64,000 nucleotides of DNA from NCBI RefSeq assembly GCF_009914755.1, contig NC_060933.1; one strand, given 5' to 3'. The notes under the pieces were generated by a model. The model worked only from the letters and a program-made list of their open reading frames with translations, made no database searches and had not been told where the DNA came from. Source of the stretch: the human T2T-CHM13v2.0 reference genome, Homo sapiens. Below are positions 1 to 12,842 of the stretch, one piece after another. The first letter of the stretch is position 1, and every line of letters begins with the position of its first letter. Position numbers and translations under genes: made by a program.

Positions 1-140
1 GGAAGGGGATGAGGAATAAAAGACAGAAATTGGGTGCAGTGTATACTGCTCAGGTGATGGGTGTACCAAAATCTCACAAATCACCACTAAAGAAGTTAAC
101 CAACACCACCTGTTCCCCAGTAACCTATGGAAAGAAAGAA
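1..140 (+). mobile_element. LINE-1 3' end fragment (L1PB-like), in ZNG1 intron
   Basis: GGGTGCAGTGTATACTGCTCAGGTGATGGGTGTACCAAAATCTCACAAATCACCACTAAAGAA...CACCTGTTCCCC matches the recalled L1PB-type 3' UTR. Confidence 0.6.
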
Positions 141-1253
141 ATGTCTCATATGTTTCTGCCTAAATTGGTCTTTAATACTTTAGCGATTCTCTTGAGTTTG
201 GATTATAAAATAGTTTTGGTCTTTTTGTATTTTCTGCTGTAAGCCTGTATGATTATGTAATGGTGAGTAAAATTGCTAGGCCAGATACGCAGTTCTAGGA
301 AGTTATGCAAAGATGTGCTTTAGTATATTATTTTCTACCTTTTTAAATTCATTTTGAGCTTGGCTTTTGAGCCTCTATTTTCCAAGGTGGGGTGTATGTT
401 TTTATAATGTTATGCTTAGCCCTTGTGTATTTTCATCTCTGAGTTTGAAATTTGGGGTTATATTGGCAAAGGGAGGTTTGGGTTTTAATTAGGTGACCTG
501 TTAGAGGAAATGTTAAGCTTCTGTTTCTTTAGGGTAGACAGTGAGAGATTTATCAAGATAAAGAAGAAAAATAAATCCTAAAGTTAATATTCAATACATG
601 ATGATGTCACCCTTACTAAAGCCAAAGAGGGCATTATCCTATCATTCTCATCGCTAAGAACTCTTCTCCTCTTGGCACATGCTTATTCAGTTAAAGATAA
701 GCCAAGCCTTTCTTTTGTATTTTTTTTTTAAGAGAACAAATTTACTTTGGTTCTGAGTTTTATTCCTGGCTCTGGGTAGCTTATTTTTTTTACCCTTATT
801 TTCCCCAATTTATAAAATGAAATAGTTATCTTCACTCCCCAGGATTGTTGTGAAGAGTAAGTCAAAAGATACAATGAGGTGACTCAGGCAAAAGTACCTG
901 GCCCTGTATAGTGAGTACATTGTATGTGTTACATATATTCTTATTGCTGAGAATCCACGAAAGAATGAATTAAATAATGAGGACCCTTTCATCAGGGTTT
1001 TTGAGTGAGTTTTTTAAAATACAAGGTAGTAGTTTGTGTAAATACTAAATCCATTGGTACCTGTGCAGAATGTAGGAAATGGAGTTGCTAATTCCAAAAA
1101 AACAGCACATATGCTGAGGAAAGTATAATACCTAATATATATGGTTTAAGCAATGTAAAATTCCATGAATATGTTCCTTTCATCTTAAAATTTGTGATTT
1201 AAAAAACATTGATATTACTATAAAGAATTATTATTATTTCCCTTGATTTACAG

Positions 1254-1322
1254 AGTATTGTTACAATCACATTTGACGTACCAGGAAATGCAAAGGAAGA
1301 ACATCTTAATATGTTTATTCAG
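1254..1322 (+). CDS. ZNG1F: ZNG1/CBWD Zn-regulated GTPase metalloprotein activator paralog, internal coding exon (CobW C-terminal domain)
   Basis: tttacag|AGT...CAG|gtgaat, 69 bp = [23 protein letters not shown]; paralog identity (CBWD6) inferred from neighbours only. Confidence 0.9.
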
Positions 1323-1425
1323 GTGAATGCAATTTTTAACTGATTAATGATTTATCAATGGTTTTGTTACATAGTTGTTGCTATTAGCGATGGTTGGTCT
1401 TATTAAAATATGTCACTTGATACAG

Positions 1426-1491
1426 AATCTTCTGTGGGAAAAGAATGTGAGAAACAAGGACAATCACTGCATGGAGGTCATAAGGCTGAAG
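1426..1491 (+). CDS. ZNG1F: ZNG1/CBWD paralog internal coding exon
   Basis: atacag|AAT...AAG|gtacag, 66 bp = [22 protein letters not shown], after a 103-bp intron. Confidence 0.9.
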
Positions 1492-2638
1492 GTACAGTTT
1501 ACTGTTGCAGACTTTTGGACAAAGTTCTTTTCTTGGCTGTTATAAAAACTATATTTGGTTTTAAACAGAAACACTGGTTTTAGTACAAATCATCTTTGTC
1601 TACTTTCATTTTTCTTTATTATTTTCATGACTGAAAAGGAGCTTTGGAAATCACTGCATAAGGCTTGATTTATTTGCACAACTTTCTTTAGGGTTGCAGC
1701 TAGAACAAACCTGTGTGCTTTGAAATGTTACCTTCTGCTCTCTGTTCCCAAGTACAGAGAAATAATGTTGCAAATCTCACTTCTGCTGAACATTATGCTT
1801 CCTGATGCATTTAGCAGACACTAAACATTTGTTGTACTCTAAACAAAGTTACAAAGGACTAGAAGAATTCTTGTTCTGTATTTAGAAACCCACTCACATT
1901 ACTTGATATTTGGGTATTTAAGTCATGAAAGGTATTTCTTCTAGGAAGCAGTGATTCTAAAGTGTATGCTTAACCAGTCAGTTGAGTGTCTACTCTTGTG
2001 TGTTCACAAGTGTGCACAAAGTTTTTGGTAAATTAAGAATATTATTTCAAATAAATTAATTTCATCCCCATAGGAGCCAGTTTATCAGATAATTCGTTTC
2101 TCATTTCTGCAAATCAATACACAATGAGCTCATATTCAGATAAATTGAGCTCATATCCAGATAAATATAATAGTTTTTCTTTATTTCAACATTGTTCATT
2201 GATTGCAACCCATTTCTAAAACAAATTATTTAATATAACCAAACTCCTTTAACTTCTCAACTTTTCCCACTAAAACTGTGAAACATTATATAAAATCTTT
2301 AATCAATAGGATATGATACATATTTCATCATTTTGTTTCAGGTTTTGGTTGTGATAAATAACACTGAAAAACCATCCTAATATATGTATTAACTTTATCA
2401 TTAGAAAAGGGGATTGTTCAAAAAAAAAATCAATACACAGAAACCTTTTTTGAAAATTAAAAACATTAAGAAACTTCTTGTAATTCACAAATAATTGGAA
2501 TTAAGTAATTTTCTCAGCTTAAGAGTTTGTATTTTTTAAGTGAATATCAGTAATTAATCCATTAACATTGATGCTCTATTTCTGCTTTTAAGTTTGAACT
2601 GAGGCTGATTAATGTTCAGTCAATTCTCCTTTGAGCAG

Positions 2639-2768
2639 GGATTGGTGTCAATCAAAGACAAATCACAACAAGTGATTGTCCAGGGTGTCCATGAGCTCTG
2701 TGATCTGGAGGAGACTCCAGTGAGCTGGAAGGATGACACTGAGAGAACAAATCGATTGGTCCTCATTG
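2639..2768 (+). CDS. ZNG1F: ZNG1/CBWD paralog penultimate coding exon
   Basis: gagcag|GGA...ATTG|gtaagt, 130 bp = [43 protein letters not shown]; overlaps ORF 2612..2806. Confidence 0.92.
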
Positions 2769-3155
2769 GTAAGTCTCAAAGGATTCACAGTTTTGAAACA
2801 AAGTGAAAAATATATTTGAAAGGGATATCATGTGCCACTTAAACAGATTAACCATTCAGGTCCTCTTTTAAAACTAAATAAGCTTGTGGTCAATGTTTCA
2901 TCTTTGTCACGTTACAATGTTCGTAAAAGCTTGTTAGGACTTTTGTTCTTCTTCAATTTTAGAAAAGTGGTTAATCCAAGGACCAATGTGACTTTGATGT
3001 ACTGACCTGGAAAGTTAAAGATGGAATCACTCAATTACTATTCTTTTTGTAAATTTTTAAACACCATAAAGCATTTAATGAACTGGAATTGATAGGTGAA
3101 CTGTGTCATTTTAATAAGCATAATGTAATCACGTCATATTTTGTTTTGTTTGCAG

Positions 3156-3262
3156 GCAGAAATTTAGATAAGGATATCCTTAAACAGCTGTTTATAGCTA
3201 CTGTGACAGAAACAGAAAAGCAGTGGACAACACATTTCAAAGAAGATCAAGTTTGTACATAA
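3156..3262 (+). CDS. ZNG1F: ZNG1/CBWD paralog last coding exon
   Basis: ttgtttgcag|GC AGA...ACA TAA; phase matches previous exon; (G)[34 protein letters not shown]. Confidence 0.92.
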
Positions 3263-3295
3263 CACTAGAGGCATTTCTTATCAAAAGGATTGGAT

Positions 3296-3672
3296 AATAA
3301 AAATAAGTTTCTACTGGGTATATTTCAAGCATTTATTTATTACTTTAGTTACGAATTCCAATATACTTTAAAATGGTATTTGTTTTACAGCATACATAAA
3401 ATGTAGCAAATCAGTACTGTAAAACATTTAACATTCATACAATTATATATAATATCCTTTTTTTTAAAGAATGGTATTTCACAAAAATATCTTTTGAAAT
3501 TGGCTTTGGAGTTTACATATACTGAACATGAAAGTTTATAATAATGATGATACAACTTTCAACATTGTCATTTTTTCTTAGAACTTCAGCTGATTGCAGA
3601 GATATAATGATTACATTGTTATTAAATTTTTTTAACACAAGTAAGTGTCACCATTTTATGACATGAAATAAA
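3296..3672 (+). terminator. ZNG1 3' UTR with proximal (3296-3301) and distal (3667-3672) AATAAA poly(A) signals
   Basis: two AATAAA hexamers downstream of the stop; GT-rich tract follows the distal one; overlapping ATTTA pentamers at 3331-3339. Confidence 0.65.
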
Positions 3673-3699
3673 AGGTTATGACTGTTATTGATGTTGATG

Positions 3700-4110
3700 T
3701 TGACGACCTGATCACCTGGCTGAAGGAGTGTTTGTCAGGTTTCTCCATTGTAAAGTTACTCTTTTCCCCCATTTCATACTGTGCTCTTTGGAAGGAAATC
3801 ACTATGCACAGCCCACACTAAAGGAATGGGGAGTTGTAGTGTACTTTCTTGGGAGTGGTCTACATAATTAATTGAAATTCTTCTGCGAGGGACAGTTGTC
3901 CCTTTCGCTTTATTAGTTCGATCATTTATGTTTATCAGTGTGGACACATGAATATTTTATACTTTGGGTTACAATTTAATACTACTTTATTTTGTTGCTC
4001 AAATTATCCCAGCTTTGACCATTGGGAACTCTTTCCGTTATCTCCTGTTCCCCCCTTTGACATACCCCCATCAGTGTGGGTTTTGTGTTTTGTTTTTGAG
4101 CGCCTCCTTA
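3700..4110 (-). mobile_element. old L1M (L1MC/MD-like) fragment
   Basis: CCTGATCACCTGGCTGAAGG..GTTTGTCAGGTTTCTCCATTGTAAAGTTACT resembles antisense L1M 3' end. Confidence 0.45.
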
Positions 4111-5006
4111 TTTTTCTCCTGTATTTTTAAATAACCCCAATCCCTATTGAAGCTGGCTCTAGGAAAACTAACAATACTCCCTTTCCCAGGTCATCCGATT
4201 CCTATGCTGATGGAGGAAATTTGCCTCACATGCTGGGGGGCGCTGGGGAGGAGGCGTCTGGGATTATGTGGTTGAATAAGACACCTGGCCTGGCCCTCCT
4301 GGAGCTTAGTTTAGTAGGTCACACAAGCAGTCATTGGTAAATTTGGGATTCAAACAAATCTGTTAGGCTCAAACCTGTCTGTTATTTGTCCTCCAAGCTT
4401 CATATAAACTGAGGAGCCTTAAAGGGTAAAAACTTCAGGAGCAGCAAAGTTTCAAAAAAAGATCAGCAAGAAAGCTCTTTTCCAGATTTTATCCTGAAGG
4501 CACTAGCTACTTTAAGCTATTTTTTATTATATTTTGCCCTTGCAGTTGGCGTTTGATTTCTCACTGAACATTCATTGTCATAATTATAGACACTATGTGA
4601 CTATCAAGGGCATAATATTCTTTCATGCTGCATTTTTATTAGATGGCACCTCAAAGTTTTCCAAGTAGGTGGGTTTTAAATTATGAATATATACCGTGGC
4701 ATAGTATCTTACTTAGTATTTTAATAAGATTCTTATTTATATAACAAATTTTTTTTATTCCTCTGTAGTGCTACTTTAGTCTCTGAGCTAATTTTCATGA
4801 AGCCAATCTAAAAATCGTGTTACTTCTAAGGATGTGGAGCGAGTGAGATGAACAGTTGTGCTGTCATATTGCCCCTCCCCAGTGCAGATAGTGAATGAGG
4901 ACCCACTGATTTAAAGGCAACACTGCAGCCCCTTCTTGCCTCATTGAAGTCCCAAGTTTTATTACAGTAAAAGCACTTAATGTTGACATTTCTGAAAGAA
5001 TGAAGA

Positions 5007-5436
<430 letters not shown>

Positions 5437-5979
5437 ATGAATTGGTTATAAAGGATGAAGAAAGGAAGGAGGAAAGGGAGAGAGAGAAGCCCTTATAGAG
5501 TGGGTGCATTTCTTGTATGTGGGGCCACTTTGTAAGAACAGGATTTTTCAAACTGGGCCCATACTGGTATGTGTGAAATCAATTTAGTTGGTTATGGCCA
5601 TTTTTTTTTAAAAGGAAATATCAGTGATCACTATAGTGTAAGTATATTGTTTCGTGAAACCCATCTTAGTTATGTATTATGTCTGTATGTGTGAGATTGT
5701 GATATAAAATGTATTTCTGTGGTTAAATATTCAAAGAAATTGGAGAACCATTGCTACAAGGGGACAGAGGACTCCGTGTGAGCTCTCCTGCCTTCCCTGA
5801 GTAAACTTACACAATTTAGTGCTGGGACATTTGAGCCTTTTCTGAAAATTTGAGTCAGGGAGAGCATCTTGAGGAGGTGGGAAGGAAGGTAGAAGGAGCA
5901 AAGCAACACCCCCCTGAAGCCTGGGAATATTGTCAGAACCTTAAATATAATTCAGCTCACCATTCTGGGTAAGGGCAGA

Positions 5980-6615
5980 CTCTACCAATGAAAATGGGTG
6001 ATTACCAGCTGTGAAACACAAAAACATACTTTTACGGTTACACATTCCTTTACAAACAACCGTGTACATTTCAGCCTCCTGCCCCACCATTTCTTTTCTC
6101 CAGGCGGGAAGGCTGCATGTTGAGGTGGTCATAGAATGTTGAGTATCATACTTTCCTACCTCGCTTTTATTTGCGCGGGTTTAAATGCGCCTTAACAGAA
6201 CCCGTGCAAAGGCTTGCCAACTGTCTGGCTGCACCGGATGAGTAGAGCATCTTCCTTGGTGGCAGGTGGGTGCGAGGAGGAGGGGGCTGGGCTTTTCTCC
6301 GGACGGGTGTTTGCCCAGAAGACCATCATCCCTGGACTACGTTAGGAGGAAGTGGCACCGCTCCGAGGTAGGGGAAGAAGGGTTATAAAGGGGGGAGTCC
6401 ACCACACATGGTCTTGAAGAAGCTTTTATAAAAGGCAAAGGCATCTTTGCCGGACGTTGTTGCAAAGGAGTAGAAACAAGCAGACGAAAACATCCCAAAG
6501 GGTAACCACTAGCGTTCCTGCTTCTTGCAACATTCATCCCAGGCTTCCAGCTCAGCCCGCCCCAGGCCAGGTGATCGGCCGCCACATCCCCTGCGACTGA
6601 AGCACCTGCTCCTCC
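5980..6615 (+). promoter_or_regulatory. putative FOXD4L promoter/5' UTR
   Basis: CCAAT (~5985), E-box CAGCTG (~6006), TATA-like TTATAAAG (~6383) and TTATAAAA (~6426), rising CpG density toward the ATG. Confidence 0.45.
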
Positions 6616-7869
6616 ATGAACCTGCCAAGAGCTGAGCGCCTTCGCTCCACACCGCAGCGCAGCCTCCGGGACTCCGATGGGGAAGACGGTAAAATCGATG
6701 TCCTGGGAGAGGAGGAAGATGAAGACGAGGTGGAAGACGAGGAGGAGGCGGCGAGCCAGCAGTTCCTAGAGCAGTCGCTCCAGCCGGGGCTGCAGGTGGC
6801 CCGGTGGGGCGGGGTTGCGCTTCCCCGAGAGCACATCGAGGGCGGCGGCGGCCCGAGCGACCCCTCAGAGTTTGGCACCAAGTTCAGGGCACCGCCAAGG
6901 TCTGCGGCGGCCTCTGAAGATGCCCGGCAGCCGGCAAAGCCCCCCTACTCGTACATCGCGCTCATCACCATGGCCATCCTGCAAAACCCGCACAAGCGCC
7001 TCACGCTCAGCGGCATCTGCGCCTTCATTAGTGGCCGCTTCCCCTACTACCGCCGCAAGTTCCCCGCCTGGCAGAACAGCATCCGCCACAACCTCTCGCT
7101 GAACGACTGCTTCGTTAAGATCCCCCGCGAGCCGGGCCACCCAGGCAAGGGCAACTACTGGAGCCTGGACCCCGCCTCCCAAGACATGTTCGACAATGGC
7201 AGCTTTCTCCGGCGTAGGAAGCGTTTCAAGCGCCACCAACTGACCCCGGGAGCCCACCTGCCCCACCCCTTCCCTCTACCTGCTGCACACGCCGCCCTGC
7301 ACAACCCCCACCCAGGCCCTCTGCTTGGGGCCCCTGCCCCGCCGCAGCCAGTCCCGGGGGCCTACCCCAACACCGCCCCCGGGAGACGCCCTTACGCTCT
7401 GCTGCACCCGCATCCTCTTCGCTACCTACTGCTCTCGGCCCCCGTCTATGCCGGGGCACCGAAGAAAGCAGAAGGCGCGGCCCTGGCGACCCCGGCACCC
7501 TTCCCGTGCTGCAGCCCTCACTTGGTCCTCAGCCTTGGGAGGAGGGCAAGGGTCTGGCGTCGCCACCGGGAGGCGGATGCATCTCTTTCAGCATTGAGAG
7601 TATTATGCAAGGGGTCAGGGGAGCGGGTACAGGGGCTGCGCAGAGTTTGTCCCCGACCGCGTGGAGCTACTGCCACCTGCTCCAGCGACCATCAAGCCTG
7701 TTGCATCCCCAGACCGCTGCCCCTTTGCTGCAAGTGTCCGCCGCCGCCGCTGCTCGGACAATTTTGCAGCAATAGCAGCAGCATCAGGAGGAGGACTGCG
7801 CCAACGGCTGCGCTCCCACCAAGGGCGCGGTGCTGGGCGGGCACCTGTCGGCCTCGTCGGCCCTGCTGA
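6616..7869 (+). CDS. FOXD4L6: Forkhead box D4-like protein, 417 aa, intronless
   Basis: acidic N-terminus (IDVLGEEED), forkhead domain [14 protein letters not shown]...[44 protein letters not shown]; 417-aa length and Cys/Arg tail fit FOXD4L6/FOXD4L3 as recalled; adjacent ATA-type PGM5 copy favours L6. Confidence 0.93.
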   Translation: MNLPRAERLRSTPQRSLRDSDGEDGKIDVLGEEEDEDEVEDEEEAASQQFLEQSLQPGLQVARWGGVALPREHIEGGGGPSDPSEFGTKFRAPPRSAAASEDARQPAKPPYSYIALITMAILQNPHKRLTLSGICAFISGRFPYYRRKFPAWQNSIRHNLSLNDCFVKIPREPGHPGKGNYWSLDPASQDMFDNGSFLRRRKRFKRHQLTPGAHLPHPFPLPAAHAALHNPHPGPLLGAPAPPQPVPGAYPNTAPGRRPYALLHPHPLRYLLLSAPVYAGAPKKAEGAALATPAPFPCCSPHLVLSLGRRARVWRRHREADASLSALRVLCKGSGERVQGLRRVCPRPRGATATCSSDHQACCIPRPLPLCCKCPPPPLLGQFCSNSSSIRRRTAPTAALPPRARCWAGTCRPRRPC

Positions 7870-8000
7870 GGTATCAGGCAGTGGCAGAGGGCTCTAGGCT
7901 GACATCGCTGGCTGCCCCTTTGGGCGGAGAGGGGACCTCACCAGTTTTTTTAGTATCGCCCACGCCCAGTTCCCTGGCCAACTCCGCAGGGCCCTCCTAG
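7494..8000 (+). pseudogene. out-of-frame remnant of ancestral FoxD4 C-terminus with eh1 motif
   Basis: alternative frame reads [38 protein letters not shown] (eh1 7587-7607)...ILQQ*QQHQEED...SAGPS*; in-frame TAG at 7773-7775, terminal TAG 7998-8000. Confidence 0.8.
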
Positions 8001-8544
8001 AGCCAGGTGGGAGTGGGGAGCGACCCGCAGCTGCTCACTTCACCTTGCGCGGCCCATTCAGGGCGTGTGCATCTGAATCCCGCTGGAGAGCAAACACGAA
8101 CTTCTGTTCGCTGCAAAATGGTTAGAAAGAAACAGCTGGATTACGTTCCTCTAAAAACCACCTGAACGTAACCTTCGCAGGGCGTCAAGTCATCTTTTCT
8201 TGCCTTCGGTTGTGGCTTCTATGGCTGTCCCGATTTGCGCATTTCCTGGGGTACTATGAACGTGAGTGGGGTATTTTGTTCTGGCATTAAAAGAAAAACA
8301 AGCAAGCAAACAAAAACACAGCCTCCGATGCCAAACATGTTCCCCCTTCTTCACTTCCTTGGAGCTGGAAGTATTATTCCTAAGTCTAGTGCAAAATGCT
8401 TCTACTCTCTGTGTCTTCCTGATAGGGATGTTTAATGTAAGTAGGATATTAATTTCAGAACATTGATTTCTTATCTGTGTGTCTGACGTGCCATCTTTAA
8501 TGTTAAAATTAAGGTGTTAAAATTAAGCCTAGTTATATAGACGA

Positions 8545-8550
8545 AATAAA
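8545..8550 (+). terminator. candidate FOXD4L poly(A) signal
   Basis: AATAAA ~680 bp after the stop, followed by T-rich sequence. Confidence 0.55.
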
Positions 8551-8923
8551 ATGCTAAGTCACTACACTACATCGTTTATTTTCTATTACATCTCATTCTT
8601 CCCTTTCTAAATGGAACTTTTTAAAACCTACGTTATTTTCCCTCAAACAATTTATTTTCACAATTCATATTTATTATAGATAGCAGAAGTAATCCATTTT
8701 AATATGGCCTTTAAAAATTCCAAATATTTGAGGTTGAAAATGTCCTGGCTTTTAAAATAGGAAATTTACTATTTATGAGACTTCTAAAAGAAAAGAATAG
8801 GAGGGCATGTAAATATATTCTCCATTTATTTTTCATCACCCCTCAACAAGCTGGAAAACCATTTGAGATCAATTTGGAATGTAGTGGCCAACATGTACTC
8901 AGAGAAAATAAAAGGCTATAAAT

Positions 8924-8944
8924 TATATATATATATATATATAT
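8924..8944. repeat. (TA)10 microsatellite
   Basis: direct read. Confidence 0.9.
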
Positions 8945-9959
8945 TTTAAGCACTAGAATTTTCAAAACTTATTTCTTAAAAAAAAAACAACTCTGAAAAG
9001 ACTTTGCAACTAGAAAGGTTTAAGTGTTACTCGGCGTCAGGGGACGGAGTGGGGGGAAACCAGACAAGAACGCCCATCATGAATTGCTCCCCACAAAGAA
9101 AACAAATTTCTAGGAACTTGGCCGTTTTCCCCTGTCCTGAGTGGGGTTCCCGATTCCGTGCCGCTTTGAGGGAAGCTGCTCCGTGAATGTGAGAAAGTTT
9201 TTCCCCCAGCCCCCATCTACTCCCCACCCCCAGCTATGAATTTCTTATTTCAGGAGGGAGGACAAACATGGAGACACACATTTTTACAGGAGTCTAATTG
9301 GCCGATTTTTCTCCGGCTTCTCTTCTCCATCCCGTCTCTTGGAATTTCTTGGCACGCCCTACCTGAGATCCCCTACGGGAGATTTCCTCTTGGCTCCTGC
9401 GGTTCTGAGGACGTTCTGAAAAGTTCCCAAGCCCCACCTTTGGTAGCTGCCCAGACCCCAGCTTCCAATTCTTCCCTCTTCTTTGCACAGGTAGCCGTTA
9501 GCCCCATAGCACCACCAGCGTCCAAAATAGACCACTTTTAGCAAATCCGGCAGGGCTGGGGCAGTCTAAGAGTTTGGAAACAAACTGAGAATAGAGGGGT
9601 CCTATTTCATGCCAGGTTCTCGCTGGTTTACGTTCCAACTCCCCTCTGTCCGTTGTGCGAAAACGTCTCCAGGCCGACCTTCATTCATTTATTGTCAACA
9701 AACGTCCTGGGAGAGCGGCTACAGCCGGCCGCTGAACCCAGAAGGGACTTTCTCTAGGCTTTCTTGGCACCCTCCCAATTATCTTCCTTCTCTTGCCCGA
9801 GGGCAGACCAACACAGCTACGAACATGGGTGACTGAGGGTCAGACCCCTTCCCGGAACCGCCTCCAAGCTCCTAATTTTTGCCTAATGTTAAACCATATC
9901 CAAAGATGAATATTTAAACAATCAATTCAGTGGCGGAGTAAATTAAACGTTATTCTCCG

Positions 9960-11580
9960 ATCAAACAGGAGCTTCGGGTCCACCTGTTTGGAAGCACCCA
10001 GGCAGCTTGGAGAGGTCCGGCCTTCGGGTGCGACCCGCAGGGGTTGCCCTGCCCGGTTCGCGGAACGGACGTTTACCTGTCGCAGCTACGAACCCACCAA
10101 CGACACCAAGCACTTGCCGGGCAGACCAGGCGTCGTGGAGGCGCCCCAGCCCCCCCAACCCCCCCGCAACGACGCGTCCCAGGGGTGCGTAGTGCTTGGC
10201 GCGGTGACCAGACCTGGCCGCCTTCCTGACTGCACAGAGCAAGAGGCCACACTCTGGATCCCAGGCCGGGTCCCTGTGGTTCTGGGAGGGAGGTCCCGGA
10301 TGCCTCCCAGATCTCGGGCTTCTGTAACCCTGAGGCTGGGTTTTAAAATCACGGCTCTTCCAAGTTACACGAAGAGTCCATGGTCAAGGGTCAAGGGTGG
10401 TCTTCGACCCTCGGGATCGTCTTCTTGAGAAATGGCTGAGAGCTAAGCCTAGAGCTGCCCAGGGAAGGAAGCCAAAGAGCTGGAGCCGAGCGCGAAGGGC
10501 TGGGAGGCGCGGGGAGGCCCCTTACCCCCGCCCGCCCCCCACACTGTCCTGGCCGCTAATAACGCTGATAATAGTAACAGTATCGGCCAACTGTTTCCCC
10601 CCTGCTCCTGGTCTGCCAGGCACCGGATCCTCCTTTAGCACTCCCAGCACTCACTGAAGAAGACACTATGGAATTCTCCGTTTTCCAGACTAGAAATAAG
10701 TAACTCGGAGAAATTAAGAAACTCGCCCGACGACCCTCAGGCAGTAGCACCTGGCCAGGTTTGCTTTCTGAACCACTAACTCCACTCGCGCACGCCACCT
10801 TTCCTGCCTGGGCCTCTTGCGGGTCGCAGGGGTGGAAGCCTGACCTGGGCCAGGGCCCGGATTTCTTCCTCCTGGCCTCTGTCCCACCGCCCCCGGTGCC
10901 AGGAAGCGCTTTTCTCTCCCCGAGACCCAGAGGCGCCGAAAGACTCGCGCGGTCAGTTCCCTACCCCACGCCCTGGGCTGTGCGTTTTCTTGCAAGCCTC
11001 TGCCGAGTGCGGGGAACGGCGCCGCCAGACTCCCCCAGACCGCGCTCCGGCTCACGCCTGACTAGAGCACTCTGCTTCACAGAGGGGCGTTCTGCGCGTT
11101 CTTCCTCCCTGGTGTGATTTTCGTTCTTTTTCCTCTCATGGTCCCCAAGAACCCAGGCACCCCTCGACGTAGGTGCCGGCGGTACCGGGAATCCCTCCCC
11201 TGGACTCCCTGCGGGCCCGAAGCCACCTTCTAATCCCAGCCGCCTTCCCAAGGCGGCGGAGGTGGGCAGCTCCGGGCTCCGCGCCGCCCCGCGAAGCCGG
11301 AATTTCTCTTCGGAGTCTTGATACAGCTCTCCACTTCGTCGCCCCGCACTGGATCCTGGTAGCGTGAAACTTGCCCAGGAAGCTGGGCTGCGCTGGCCTG
11401 GGGTGAAGGTCCAAGAGACGAGGAGGCCGGGACGCGGGGCTGTCGCAACGACTGGCCCTCTGCGAACCCTCAGGCCAGCAGGTTCGGGACTATAGGAGTG
11501 GGAGTGGAGGTGGTGGCCACTGGAGAGTAGAGAGAACGTCCAGGAACCGGTGGACTAGGGGTCCCCGGCGGCTGGCCGAG
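9960..11580. promoter_or_regulatory. CpG island downstream of FOXD4L without recognisable protein gene
   Basis: GC-rich, CpG-dense unique sequence, GC box CCCCGCCC at ~10526; ORFs on both strands are low-complexity. Confidence 0.75.
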
Positions 11581-12842
11581 GGTTGCAAGCAGAGGGGACT
11601 ATCGGTTGCCAGCAAGTCCCAAGCAGATGCCTTCTGGCAGGGCAGTCACATTCTACAGTGCCGATTCTGTGTACATTGAGTATCCAAAATGAATAAAATC
11701 TGTTTATACATTGGAATGTAGCTTATGATTCCAAAATCTCATCTCCAGGCTGCCTAGATCACACGGCCCCGTTTCATTCATTTTTACTTAATAACGGTCG
11801 TTAGACAATTTAGAGAAACAGCAGAAACCACGAGAAAAATAATGGAATCAAACGGCGATAAGGACTAACAAGGCTGGCGGGGAGATTTAGCAAATGGTGG
11901 CTTCTGAGAGTTTGCACCAGTCCTTCACCACATTTTATTGGAAGTGTGGAGAGTCATGATTCTCATTCCTCCCCAGCCTTCCGGAAAAATGCTCAGAAAT
12001 TTCTTTCCACATTGACACCTGATTACAGTCTAAATAGTAACCTTATTCTGATTGTTAATGTAACCTTCTCGTAATTTCTACAAAAATACTTTAGTTTTTC
12101 TAGCTGTGTTTTCATGTAATCACTGAAATTATTTTTAATTGGTTTTAAGCATTCATTGATTCCATATACACCACCTGCAAAAAAGTTACATAGGTGATCG
12201 CTAACAATACTAGAATTCGCCCCATCCAAAGGAAACATTAGAGTAGAAAAAGAAAAAGGATTTGAGAATCCAGTATGAAATTCAGTTAATCATTACTTCC
12301 CTGTTACTCAACTACCTTAACATTGTCAGGTTTACCTGAACATAAACTTCATTTTCTTAGTTGTTCTTAGAACGAAGGGATATGTTTATTGAAATCAGTA
12401 ATTAAGAATATTTTGGGACAGTTATGATTTACTTAGCCAGTGAAGCAGTTTCTATTCCCAAATCCAGGCAAAGAGAACAATAAGATTAAACGTAGCCTAA
12501 GAGATTTCCTTTTTGTCAAATAATGTGATTTTGCTATGTATAGAGGAGATGTCTATATGTAAGGGCATATTTATGACCAGTAGTTCCTAAAATTAAGGGG
12601 ACTATTATTGTGTTACTCAAGGTATCAGTTGTATAGGATACATTATGTCATATTTCAAACAATGTTTATAAAGAGATTAGTATAATTAACCTGTATGTAC
12701 TTCTCCTCTGGGCCAACCTTGTGTCTTCTTTATCTGCTGACAGTCCCCTCCCCACTGAATTATTTTGAATCAAATCCCAGATAGTCTATCATTGTATTGT
12801 ATTTTTGAATATTTCTCTAAAAGATAATAATTCCATCAATGA

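Noticed and set aside
2125-2166. 21-bp tandem duplication TGAGCTCATAT(T/C)CAGATAAAT
   Set aside because: Ordinary slippage duplication in an intron
6552-7498. Antisense ORFs over FOXD4L
   Set aside because: Shadow frames of a GC-rich CDS
9961-11448. ORFs in the downstream CpG island (e.g. 9988..10428, 146 aa)
   Set aside because: Mostly non-ATG starts, low complexity, expected in GC-rich DNA
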